Source of the DNA: Candidatus Nanogingivalaceae bacterium
GTDB taxonomy: Bacteria; Patescibacteriota; Saccharimonadia; Saccharimonadales; Saccharimonadaceae
Assembly (NCBI GenBank): GCA_015257795.3
Contig: CP072208.2
Location: forward strand, 1 to 32,000
Reading direction: 5' to 3'
Length of the DNA stretch: 32,000 nt
The notes under the pieces are model-generated. The model searched no databases. It saw nothing but the letters and a program-made list of their open reading frames with translations, and was not told the DNA's origin. The translations under genes and the position numbers were made by a program. Shown one piece after another: positions 22,478 through 30,870 of this stretch. Position 1 is the stretch's first letter. The number at the start of each line of letters is the position of its first letter.

Positions 22478-23995
22478 ATGGTTAAAAGGATGAGTGAAAA
22501 ATATCAGAAACTAATTAAGGATAATCAGCGAAATCGAAAAATTTTGATTTTTTCTGCGTTAATAGTTTTGGTTATCGCAGTCATTTCTTACTGTGCTTTT
22601 TATATGATTAGCAAAAATAATCAACAAAAATCCACTCCTCAAACTGAAAACTCTCAAGAAGTTTCAAAATATTATTTTAAAGATTCGAAATATGAAGGAA
22701 TAGCTTCGAAATTTATTGAAAGAAAAACTAAAAAAGAAGAAGTTTCTTTGGAAATCCCAGTAACGAAAAATTCGAAAATCAATGATTTTATTAACAAAAA
22801 AGTTAAAGAAATTGATGATACTTTTCGCGCAGATATCAAAAAACCATTTTTCGATAAACCTGCGACTGAAAAAATGAGCTACCAAGTTTACTATAACCAA
22901 GATAACCTTATTTCGCTAGCTCTCTCGGTTAAACAAGATACTCACGGAGCAAATTTAGTTGATGAAAATCTTTTTTGGACTTTTGATAAAAATAGTGGCG
23001 ATGTTATAAAGCTAAGTAGTTTCTTAACCGATAAAGATAAATTTAAGCCAAAAGTTTTAGAAATTTTTAAAAATAAAGTTTTTGAATTTTTAAAGAGTAA
23101 AAATTTAGAATATTCGAAAGATATTTTGGATGAATTAACTTTTGATAATCTTGAGAATTTTATTATTTTAGATAAGCAAACTATTGATTTTCCATTTTCT
23201 CGATCAGATATCTTACCTTCTAGTTACGGTGATGTCAAAATCCAGCTAAAAATTAGTGAAATTTACGAATTTTTACAAAATGATTTTGCGCGCAAAACTT
23301 TTGATGTTCCAGAGCCACCAAAACCTAAAGCCGTAGCTCCAAAGCCAGTGTCGCAACCTGCTCCGGTTATTTCAAGGGCGCCAGTTGTTTCGGGCAATTG
23401 CCCAAATTGTATTGCTATCACTTTTGATGACGGCCCAGGAATTTATACTGATCGACTCTTGGGATATTTGCGAAATTATAATGCAAAAGCAACCTTCTTT
23501 ATGATTGGCCCTAATGCCCAGCGATATTCAGGTGTGGCTCGACGCGTTTTCGAAAATGGCCATCAGATTGGAAATCATACGTGGTCGCACCCTTCGTTAA
23601 CTAGTCTATCTGATGCACAAGTTCAAAATGAAATCTCATCTACAAATAACGTGTTGCAAAGTATAACAGGTGCTCGACCACAAGCCCTTCGCCCTCCCTA
23701 TGGGGCAACAAATTCTCGCGTTCAAGCTGACGCTGCTGCTCTTGGTATGGCTTCTGTTTTGTGGTCGGTAGATACTCGCGACTGGGCGGATAGAAATTCG
23801 GCAGTAGTCTGTAATCGTGCAGTTTCGAATGCTCGTTCGGGTTCAATTATCTTATTGCACGACATTCATCCAACTTCCGTTGAGGCTGTTCCATGTATTT
23901 TACAAAACCTAACATCTCGCGGATTTCGTTTTGTAACGGTTAGCCAACTTTTGGGCGGATTACAGGCTGGTCAGATCTATTATTCCGGAAAATAG
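22478..23995 (+). CDS. Membrane-anchored polysaccharide (peptidoglycan) deacetylase, PdaC-like architecture
   Basis: 505 aa. N-terminal TM (ILIFSALIVLVIAVISYCAFYMI), a DUF3298-like middle region (THGANLVDENLFWTFDKNSGDVIKLSSFL), a Pro-rich linker, and a NodB domain with motifs ITFDDGP, HTWSHP, RPPYG, LLHD. An alternative start exists at 22490. Confidence 0.88.
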   Translation: MVKRMSEKYQKLIKDNQRNRKILIFSALIVLVIAVISYCAFYMISKNNQQKSTPQTENSQEVSKYYFKDSKYEGIASKFIERKTKKEEVSLEIPVTKNSKINDFINKKVKEIDDTFRADIKKPFFDKPATEKMSYQVYYNQDNLISLALSVKQDTHGANLVDENLFWTFDKNSGDVIKLSSFLTDKDKFKPKVLEIFKNKVFEFLKSKNLEYSKDILDELTFDNLENFIILDKQTIDFPFSRSDILPSSYGDVKIQLKISEIYEFLQNDFARKTFDVPEPPKPKAVAPKPVSQPAPVISRAPVVSGNCPNCIAITFDDGPGIYTDRLLGYLRNYNAKATFFMIGPNAQRYSGVARRVFENGHQIGNHTWSHPSLTSLSDAQVQNEISSTNNVLQSITGARPQALRPPYGATNSRVQADAAALGMASVLWSVDTRDWADRNSAVVCNRAVSNARSGSIILLHDIHPTSVEAVPCILQNLTSRGFRFVTVSQLLGGLQAGQIYYSGK

Positions 23996-24035
23996 TCTTT
24001 ATTTCAATCTATAATTATGATAAAATAGGAATATT

Positions 24036-24125
24036 GGAGAGGTGGCCGAGTGGTTGAAGGCGCACGACTCGAAATCGTGTATGCGGGCAACCGTATCGGG
24101 GGTTCGAATCCCCCCTTCTCCGCCA
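24036..24125 (+). tRNA. tRNA-Ser (anticodon CGA), CCA encoded
   Basis: Same acceptor and D-arm as the tRNA at 21422. Anticodon stem cacga/tcgtg with loop cTCGAaa, long variable arm, T-arm ggggg-ttcgaat-ccccc, GCCA end. Confidence 0.93.
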
Positions 24126-24132
24126 CGAAAGT

Positions 24133-24156
24133 AGCTCGCGTTTGCGGGCTTTTTTC
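24133..24156 (+). terminator. Intrinsic terminator after tRNA-Ser(CGA)
   Basis: Stem agctcgc pairs with gcgggct (one G-U pair), GTTT loop, then TTTTTT. Confidence 0.6.
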
Positions 24157-24163
24157 GTATTTG

Positions 24164-24192
24164 TTGACATTGGTTTTAGATTCTGTTATAAT
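24164..24192 (+). promoter_or_regulatory. Near-consensus sigma70 promoter (TTGACA-N17-TATAAT with TGT extended -10)
   Basis: TTGACA at 24164-24169, 17-nt spacer ending in TGT, TATAAT at 24187-24192. This is the best promoter match in the window. Confidence 0.7.
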
Positions 24193-24227
24193 ATAAAAAT
24201 AGTTCTTTTAGAAATGAGGTTAGAAAA

Positions 24228-24620
24228 ATGAAAAAAATGTTTTTTCAATTTACTTCCGTTTATGCGTTTTCACTAATTATTGCAATATTATTGTTAATTT
24301 TTAAATCAAGAATTCCAGAAGGTGACTATCTTGTAACACGACTTTTACTTTTTGGATGTAGCGTATTGACGGGTGCATTGCTTTTTACCCCAAGATTTAT
24401 GGTAGGGCTATTAAAGAAGATTTCTAAGAATAGTGTTGCTAACCCTGATGAATTTCCAGGAGGCTCAATATCTTGGCTATGTATTGTTTTATCTGTTTTT
24501 ATTCTAGATGTATTTTTCGGATTGACTTTGTTGATCCCTATAGCTACTATTATACAATCTAGTTATATTTTATATATTCTTGTTAGAAATTATAAAATTT
24601 TAATAGAATCAGAAGAATAA
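24228..24620 (+). CDS. Small hypothetical membrane protein (about four TM helices)
   Basis: 130 aa. GAGGT RBS, hydrophobic segments (AFSLIIAILLLIF, LLLFGCSVLTGALLF, WLCIVLSVFILDVFFGLTLLIPIA). Followed by a terminator hairpin at 24628-24651. Confidence 0.7.
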   Translation: MKKMFFQFTSVYAFSLIIAILLLIFKSRIPEGDYLVTRLLLFGCSVLTGALLFTPRFMVGLLKKISKNSVANPDEFPGGSISWLCIVLSVFILDVFFGLTLLIPIATIIQSSYILYILVRNYKILIESEE

Positions 24621-24627
24621 CCTCTCT

Positions 24628-24651
24628 AAGTCAGCAAAAGCTGGCTTTTTT
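24628..24651 (+). terminator. Intrinsic terminator
   Basis: Stem aagtcagc pairs with gctggctt with an AAAA loop, then a T-run at 24646-24651. Confidence 0.6.
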
Positions 24652-24671
24652 ATTTTCGAAAAATACTCTCT

Positions 24672-27494
24672 CTATTGTTTAGTTATCTCTTCATACATCT
24701 CAAATAATCGTGCAACTGTTTCACTTTCCGTTAACCAAGTTTTCTTCCTGTCTACGATTTTTGTCATATCATAAGCTTCCATAACTGCTTTATCGTTAGC
24801 CTGGTGAGCTCGTCTAAGTTCTTTTGGCATAGTTAACTCATCATAAAGATCTGCTAATGAGCTATCAGGGTACAGTGCACGCGCATCGAGAATAGCCTTA
24901 GCAGTTTTAGAAATCTTCTCTTTTTGCTCATCTGTCACTTCTGGCCAAGGGAAATTGTTGTAAACTATCTTCGCAGAATAACGATAACGCATTTCTAGTC
25001 TACCAGCAACAGTACGCATCCAAGCCATGTGAACGTTGGAAGTTAGAATACCGAATTCATAAAGTGTAGCATTGGGAATAATTTGTACGGCATCACTTGA
25101 AATTATTTGACCATCGATAAAACCAATCGGTATATATCTTCTGTTTTCTGAAGATACCCTTGGAATTAGTAAATAATCATTATCATTATGTCTTATCTCT
25201 TGGAATTCCATGGCTCTTTCAGCACTATCTTGAGTTTGTTTTTTAGGACTACTTTGTCGAAATTCTTTAACTAATTGTATCCTACTGATAATTGGAGGGA
25301 TGCTTCGTAAAGTACTAGGATTCTGACCAGCTAACCATAAACAGTATCTTTCTTTATTGTTTATGAATTCCGAAGCTCCATATACCCGTCGTATCATCGA
25401 TTCGGCTTGTGGGTATGTCTTAATAAGTTCGTCCTTTTCTTGCAATGTTAAGAAAAGGTACCCTCCGTCAGTTGGCTTGCTTCCATAAACCATCGGAGAA
25501 ACTTCACATATTGCTTTGGTTCTACTATCGATGAAAATTAAGTCCCCATTGATTAAATATGGATTAATTTGCTTAGCAATAATTTTTGTCTTATCATCAT
25601 AAATAACTTTGTTTTTGGGATTATCTGACACTGAAAATCCAATGATTACACAATGAACTGCTGCTTTATTTTTAGCTTCACTGTTCCATTTAAATGTTCT
25701 GTATGCGAAGTCTATATGGATTCCAAATCGTTCATAGAGTGGTTTCCATACACTGGCTACTTGCTCTCCTTGTGTAATTGAGTTAGTTGATACTAAAGCA
25801 GTTCGGATTGATGTGTTCTGCATGATCTGGCTCGCCTTAAAATACCAAGCTGAAACAAAGTCAATTTTGCCAGCTGTTTTATATGGTTTACCGTTTTCAT
25901 CAACATAAACACTCAATAAATCAGCTTTTTGCTTAGGAGATTGGAGTGAATACCCTAAAAAGGGTGGATTACCAATTATATAGTTCAATTTATCTTTAGG
26001 CACTACTGTTTCCCAGCCAATTTCTAAAGCATTACCTTCAACAATATTGGTATAAGACTTGAGCGGTAGAAAATCGATATTTGTATATACGATATCTGCG
26101 GTTTCTTCAAGCATTTGACTTTCTGCAATCCAAAGCGCTGTTTTAGCCACAGAAACTGCAAAGTCATTAATCTCAATGCCATAAAATTGATTCAGTTGGA
26201 CTTTAACAAGCTCTTGCCCGACATCAAGCGCAACGGCATCTCCCATATAGAGTCTAATGGCTTCATTTTCTAAACGTCGAAGAGAGATATATGTCTCAGT
26301 TAAGAAATTCCCAGAACCACAAGCTGGGTCAAAGAAAGTCAGACTCGCTAGTTTTGATTGGAACTGCTTGGCTTTTCGTTCAACGATTTTAGGTTGCTTA
26401 AATTGACGAATCTCATTCAATTCATCTTTTAACTCATCTAAGAAGAGTGGATCGATAACTTTATGGATATTTTCAATAGAGGTATAGTGCATACCACCGC
26501 TACGACGTGTTTCGGGGTTGAGAGTTGATTCAAATACTGCTCCAAAAATAGTAGGGCTGATTTCTGACCAGTCGAAACTAGACGAAGCATGTTCCAAAAT
26601 TAACTCACGTAGTTCATCGGTAAAATTAGGGATTTCCAGATTATTCTCTGCAAACATCCCACCATTCACATAAGGGAAAGCGTTCAATTCACTATCAAGG
26701 TAAGGATCACGCGCATCGATTGGCGTGTCTAAAACAGCAAAAAGATCGACTAGCCCACGACGAAAGTCACGGCTTCCAAAACGAACCATGTAGTCATGAA
26801 ACATCGTTTTGTGTCCAAAAATACCAGCATCTTCAGCATATAGACAAAATACTAGACGCACGATAAGCTGATTAATAGCATGAAGGCTTTCGGGGCTATT
26901 TGGATTAATGTATTGCTTAAGAAGGCTTTCATAAATCTTACCGACAATCTCACCAGCTTCAATAGAAACCTTCATCTCACGCTCTAAGTGTTCATTTGTC
27001 TTGTCAATTAAAAATTCTAAACGATAGGCTTCTTTATCTAAATCAGCAAGTTTAATGACTTTAGGTTCGCCGTTTGGTTGCTCCATGTCATAGACATAGA
27101 ACTCTTTGAAATTACAAGTCACAATCCAACGGGGGCGTTTAGAATATGGAAGATTGGCTGAATAGCGTTTTGCTTGTTGGAAAGGCGTAAGATAAGTATC
27201 ATCGGACTGTTTTATAGCTTTATTAAGGTCTTTATTCACCCCTTTTTGCTCAATCAAAACTTTTGTTTTTTCTATATACCCATCTATAAAACTAGTATGG
27301 TCAAGCATCACTTTATCTTCAAATTTTATATACTCACTTGGGTTTTCAATCCCATAAACAGATTGAAGTAAATCTAACCAGAAAGACTGGCTATCTTGCC
27401 TTTCGTTCCCTCTATTTCCCCAGCGTTCAATAAATGCTTTAGCTTGCTTTTTTTGTTCCCGGATATTATTCACTTTGTGCTCTCCAACTACCAT
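24672..27494 (-). CDS. MmeI-family type IIL (IIG) single-chain restriction endonuclease / N6-adenine DNA methyltransferase
   Basis: 940 aa. N-terminal region matches MmeI-like enzymes (AKAFIERWGNRGNERQDSQSFWLDLLQSVYGI) and carries a D-X10-EQK nuclease motif (FIDGYIEKTKVLIEQK). SAM motif I FFDPACGSGNFL, catalytic motif IV IIGNPPFLGY, and a large C-terminal target-recognition region. Confidence 0.88.
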   Translation of the reverse strand: MVVGEHKVNNIREQKKQAKAFIERWGNRGNERQDSQSFWLDLLQSVYGIENPSEYIKFEDKVMLDHTSFIDGYIEKTKVLIEQKGVNKDLNKAIKQSDDTYLTPFQQAKRYSANLPYSKRPRWIVTCNFKEFYVYDMEQPNGEPKVIKLADLDKEAYRLEFLIDKTNEHLEREMKVSIEAGEIVGKIYESLLKQYINPNSPESLHAINQLIVRLVFCLYAEDAGIFGHKTMFHDYMVRFGSRDFRRGLVDLFAVLDTPIDARDPYLDSELNAFPYVNGGMFAENNLEIPNFTDELRELILEHASSSFDWSEISPTIFGAVFESTLNPETRRSGGMHYTSIENIHKVIDPLFLDELKDELNEIRQFKQPKIVERKAKQFQSKLASLTFFDPACGSGNFLTETYISLRRLENEAIRLYMGDAVALDVGQELVKVQLNQFYGIEINDFAVSVAKTALWIAESQMLEETADIVYTNIDFLPLKSYTNIVEGNALEIGWETVVPKDKLNYIIGNPPFLGYSLQSPKQKADLLSVYVDENGKPYKTAGKIDFVSAWYFKASQIMQNTSIRTALVSTNSITQGEQVASVWKPLYERFGIHIDFAYRTFKWNSEAKNKAAVHCVIIGFSVSDNPKNKVIYDDKTKIIAKQINPYLINGDLIFIDSRTKAICEVSPMVYGSKPTDGGYLFLTLQEKDELIKTYPQAESMIRRVYGASEFINNKERYCLWLAGQNPSTLRSIPPIISRIQLVKEFRQSSPKKQTQDSAERAMEFQEIRHNDNDYLLIPRVSSENRRYIPIGFIDGQIISSDAVQIIPNATLYEFGILTSNVHMAWMRTVAGRLEMRYRYSAKIVYNNFPWPEVTDEQKEKISKTAKAILDARALYPDSSLADLYDELTMPKELRRAHQANDKAVMEAYDMTKIVDRKKTWLTESETVARLFEMYEEITKQ

Positions 27495-27665
27495 ATTATT
27501 TTGATTTATTTGTGTAATAAATCCTTTAAGGTTTTAATAATTTTATTTTATCTGTTTCTGTTAATTCATATTCTCTCAATAAACTAACAATTTCTTCTAG
27601 TCCTGCATTTAGTCGGGCTTTTTCATATTTTCCCACTATTTGAAACTTAATGGTGGTTTTTGAAA

Positions 27666-28715
27666 TTATTTTACTAATTCAATCTTTAGTTTTTCAATTA
27701 ATTCCACTGGTGTCGGGTTAACATTATTCAAAATTGCAAGATAAATACTTACGAAATCTGCTAAAATTGAGCCCCAAAGAACTTGTTCAAGATAAGTTGA
27801 ACCTTTAAGTTCGATATTTCGTGCAGCTGGGCGCTTTCCGCTTAAAAGCCTATCTGAAATTTCAAAACGCTTTTGCACTCGCGGATGGTCTAAATTACTT
27901 CGAAGATTAAAAATTGCAAAGAGTTTTTCAACTGGGTGCGAACTCCAGCCAATAAATTCATTGTGATTGAATTCCGGATATTCGTTATAAAAGCTAACGT
28001 TTTTAGCATTTTCGTTCCAAGAAATCTTCCATTTATAAGCCAGCGGTGAAAATTCATTCGAACTTAGAAAAACTGCACTTCGCCCTGCTGAATAAAGCGC
28101 TAATTGTTTGGCATAGTTTCTTTCGGTTGAGATATTCGCTACCCAAGATTCACTTTCCTTTCGTAAAAAGTCGGCATAATGCTCAACTTCTTCGTGCATC
28201 TCATTTGAGATAACCCCAAAATTTACTAAAATTTTTGTTAGAGCGCGGAAATTATAGATTACAGCCATTCGAGGTTGTAGCCCGGCTGGCAATTTAACGT
28301 GTGCGATATCACGGCTTCGAGCAATTTCTTCAATTTTACCATGAGAAGAAATGGTTGCAATCTGTGCACCAATTTCAATAGCTTGATGTAGTGATGAGAT
28401 TGTTTCTTCAGTATTTCCAGAGTAAGAACTAATAATTACAAGTGTATTTTTCGAAACATTTTTTGGTAAAATGTAATTTCGAACAACCTCAATTGGCAAA
28501 GTTATATTGTTTTCAAGCCACTTCTTAACAATTAAGCCAGCTAATGCTGATCCGCCCATTCCGGCAATTACGATATTTTTAATCTCCCTCCCATCATTTT
28601 CGGGAGAAAGAACTTCCGCTTGAAAAAGCGTTTGTTTCCACTGTTCGCTAGCGACTAAGAGTGCATTTTGCGGGTCGCGCTGAACTAATATATTAAAATT
28701 ATCTAACATTTCCAC
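27666..28715 (-). CDS. SIS-domain bifunctional phosphoglucose/phosphomannose isomerase-type protein
   Basis: 349 aa. SIS motifs IVIAGMGGSALAGL and ISSYSGNTEETIS. Length and C-terminal region are typical of the archaeal/bacterial PGI-PMI family. Confidence 0.7.
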   Translation of the reverse strand: MEMLDNFNILVQRDPQNALLVASEQWKQTLFQAEVLSPENDGREIKNIVIAGMGGSALAGLIVKKWLENNITLPIEVVRNYILPKNVSKNTLVIISSYSGNTEETISSLHQAIEIGAQIATISSHGKIEEIARSRDIAHVKLPAGLQPRMAVIYNFRALTKILVNFGVISNEMHEEVEHYADFLRKESESWVANISTERNYAKQLALYSAGRSAVFLSSNEFSPLAYKWKISWNENAKNVSFYNEYPEFNHNEFIGWSSHPVEKLFAIFNLRSNLDHPRVQKRFEISDRLLSGKRPAARNIELKGSTYLEQVLWGSILADFVSIYLAILNNVNPTPVELIEKLKIELVK

Positions 28716-28802
28716 CCTTTCGAAAAATAATCTTGATTATGCTTTAATTCTATGATACAATATAACTAATAAAAAGTAAAGTCAATTAAGAAAAGGTGGG
28801 TT

Positions 28803-29291
28803 ATGGAAATTGATATGAGTCAATCAAGCAAGATGCCAGTTAGCGACGACCCAGAGCTCGCTAAGATTCTTTCTGGTGTTAATGCTTCGAATAGTAACGA
28901 TAATACAAATGACGATACAACAAACGACGGATTGCAGTATGAAGGTCTTGAGCAAATGCCAGATGCGCAAGAAGATATTCAACCAGAACAGCCAATTGAA
29001 CAAACGATTGAGCAACCAGTTGAACAAACTGTGCCTGTGACAAGTTTTGCTGCTTTAGATCTAGATGGAATTAAAAGTCATGCGCTAGAAGATTTGCGCC
29101 CATTGGTTGATAAACTAACAGTTACAAACGAAGAAAAATTTGATATTTATCTTCTACTTCTTCGTTCAAGCGATGATGACACTTTGATTGAACCAGCTTA
29201 TAACGCTGCTCGTGCGATCGAAGACGAAACTAAACGCGCGAATGCTCTACTAGATGTAATTAAAGAAATTGATTACTTCAAATCAAAATAA
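28803..29291 (+). CDS. Acidic hypothetical protein
   Basis: 162 aa. AAGGTGG RBS, D/E/Q/N-rich N-terminal half with EQP(I/V)EQT(I/V) repeats, helical C-terminal half. Confidence 0.65.
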   Translation: MEIDMSQSSKMPVSDDPELAKILSGVNASNSNDNTNDDTTNDGLQYEGLEQMPDAQEDIQPEQPIEQTIEQPVEQTVPVTSFAALDLDGIKSHALEDLRPLVDKLTVTNEEKFDIYLLLLRSSDDDTLIEPAYNAARAIEDETKRANALLDVIKEIDYFKSK

Positions 29292-29301
29292 TTATAGATT
29301 T

Positions 29302-29335
29302 AAAAACTACACTAGGTATTTCTAGTGTAGTTTTT
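29302..29335. terminator. Bidirectional intrinsic terminator
   Basis: Perfect 14-bp stem aaaaactacactag (29302-29315) pairs with ctagtgtagttttt (29322-29335). It lies between convergent genes. Confidence 0.7.
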
Positions 29336-29405
29336 AAGTTAATTACAATAATAAGATATACTAGTAGTTAAAAGAAGATATTTTCATGATTATTCGCTCA
29401 ATAAA

Positions 29406-30155
29406 TTATATATCGATGGTCTCACCTACAGCTAAAACCCTATAGCCTGCAGCCTCGACTTCTTTATTTGTCGTATTGTAATGACTATAGTCTTCAATAT
29501 GAATTGGATAAATATTTTTAGGCTGAAGTAGGTCATTCATTTGGTTTAGCATTTTCAAGTCCATGGTAAATGGTCCACCAAATGAACCTGATTTTACAGC
29601 ACCTAAATTAGCAAATATGGCATCTATATTTTTAGGAACATTTTTTGTTAAGTCTGGGTACAAAACAGTATCACCAGTAAAATACATGACTTTAGTTTCT
29701 GACGAACTGGTGATTGTTAGTTGATAGCCATTTACCTTTCCTACTATCTTTCGCATGATATAATTACTGGCATGATAAGCAGGTAAAGCTTTAATAGTGA
29801 TATTATAATCATCGATTGAAAATGTATGTTTGTCTCCCCATTTTAAAACACTATTATTTAAGCATGACACGCCATTTAAGATTTTCTTATTAGGAGAAAG
29901 GACTGTTTTACCCTTCAAATAATCTTTCCCTACATCATCCAAATGATCTTGATGCCCATGAGTAATTAGCCATACATCAACTTTACTAAGAAGAGACTTA
30001 TCCTTATGAACATCAGTTTGTTTCTCGGAGACAAATCCTTTAAACCGTACCAAGGTTCCTTTAGGTGATAAATCAGGATCAATTCCAATATAAAATTGAT
30101 TATCAATGGAGATAACGCCACATGCAACGCCACAATAAGTAAACAAAATAGACAT
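29406..30155 (-). CDS. MBL-fold metallo-hydrolase
   Basis: 249 aa with the HxHxDH motif (ITHGHQDHLDD) and downstream His/Asp residues typical of the metallo-beta-lactamase fold. Confidence 0.8.
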   Translation of the reverse strand: MSILFTYCGVACGVISIDNQFYIGIDPDLSPKGTLVRFKGFVSEKQTDVHKDKSLLSKVDVWLITHGHQDHLDDVGKDYLKGKTVLSPNKKILNGVSCLNNSVLKWGDKHTFSIDDYNITIKALPAYHASNYIMRKIVGKVNGYQLTITSSSETKVMYFTGDTVLYPDLTKNVPKNIDAIFANLGAVKSGSFGGPFTMDLKMLNQMNDLLQPKNIYPIHIEDYSHYNTTNKEVEAAGYRVLAVGETIDI

Positions 30156-30227
30156 AGTACCTCTATTATTTTATTAATTCTTTATATGTCCCAAGCAATC
30201 TTACGCTAGTCAACTATAAACTACATG

Positions 30228-30788
30228 CTAAATCTGTTTTGATGGTTTCGAGAAAAATAATAAATATATTCCAAACACAAGCTTAATCGCTGAGTCAATA
30301 TATGCTATCAATCCTAAAGGTATAGCAATAAAAATGTATCCTACAAAAATATTAATGGCGCAAATAAGACCTAGATATATCATTGATTTTCCATGCACAA
30401 AATAATACGGGAAAAAATGTAGTGCAGTTGCCATCAGCGCTCCCAGCCAAATTAATCTCCAATTCTCAGTCGCAAAGAATGGTCCACCCAGCAAAACCAT
30501 TAAGATAAATAATAGAATAACGGCACGTGAAGATATTTTCTTTTGAAATTCACTCGAGGGGCCATCGGATAGTTTAGTTAGCACCTTTTTATTCATGTTG
30601 ATTGAGAAAAAACTAATAACATATCCAATACTAAATATTTGCATATTTATTATTTGCTTTCCTCCTATTAAAGTAGCTATCGAAATAATCGCCGCTATTA
30701 CAATTAGCCACAATCCACACGCTCTCTTATAATTGAATTCTAACTTTTCATCTTTATTGTAGCCTAAAAAAGCCATAAAAATCTCCAC
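30228..30788 (-). CDS. Hypothetical polytopic membrane protein
   Basis: 186 aa with five or six hydrophobic helices. No recognisable motif. Confidence 0.65.
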   Translation of the reverse strand: MEIFMAFLGYNKDEKLEFNYKRACGLWLIVIAAIISIATLIGGKQIINMQIFSIGYVISFFSINMNKKVLTKLSDGPSSEFQKKISSRAVILLFILMVLLGGPFFATENWRLIWLGALMATALHFFPYYFVHGKSMIYLGLICAINIFVGYIFIAIPLGLIAYIDSAIKLVFGIYLLFFSKPSKQI

Positions 30789-30870
30789 TAATCTCTAATA
30801 TTTACACCCCACTATATTGCTATTCTTTATTAAGGAGTTTTAAAAATAGCAATATAGTTTTTCGAATACT

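Noticed and set aside
21422-24125. The two near-identical tRNA-Ser genes as att-like direct repeats bounding a mobile island.
   Set aside because: They are full-length, distinct isoacceptors (UGA and CGA anticodons with different anticodon stems and T-arms), not a tRNA plus a partial 3' copy. The enclosed genes are housekeeping-like and no integrase is present.
27396-27587. 63-aa plus-strand ORF overlapping the 5' end of the RM gene.
   Set aside because: It is antisense to a strongly supported gene and its upstream region, has hydrophobic low-complexity AT-rich composition, and has no RBS.
27525-27636. Minus-strand helical-looking reading frames upstream of the RM gene (…GKYEKARLNAG / LEEIVSLLREYELTETDKIKLLKP).
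   Set aside because: The two pieces are in different frames, separated by a frameshift near 27600. There is no ATG and only a doubtful GTG, and the stretch is very short. At most it is a decayed gene remnant and cannot be supported as a feature.
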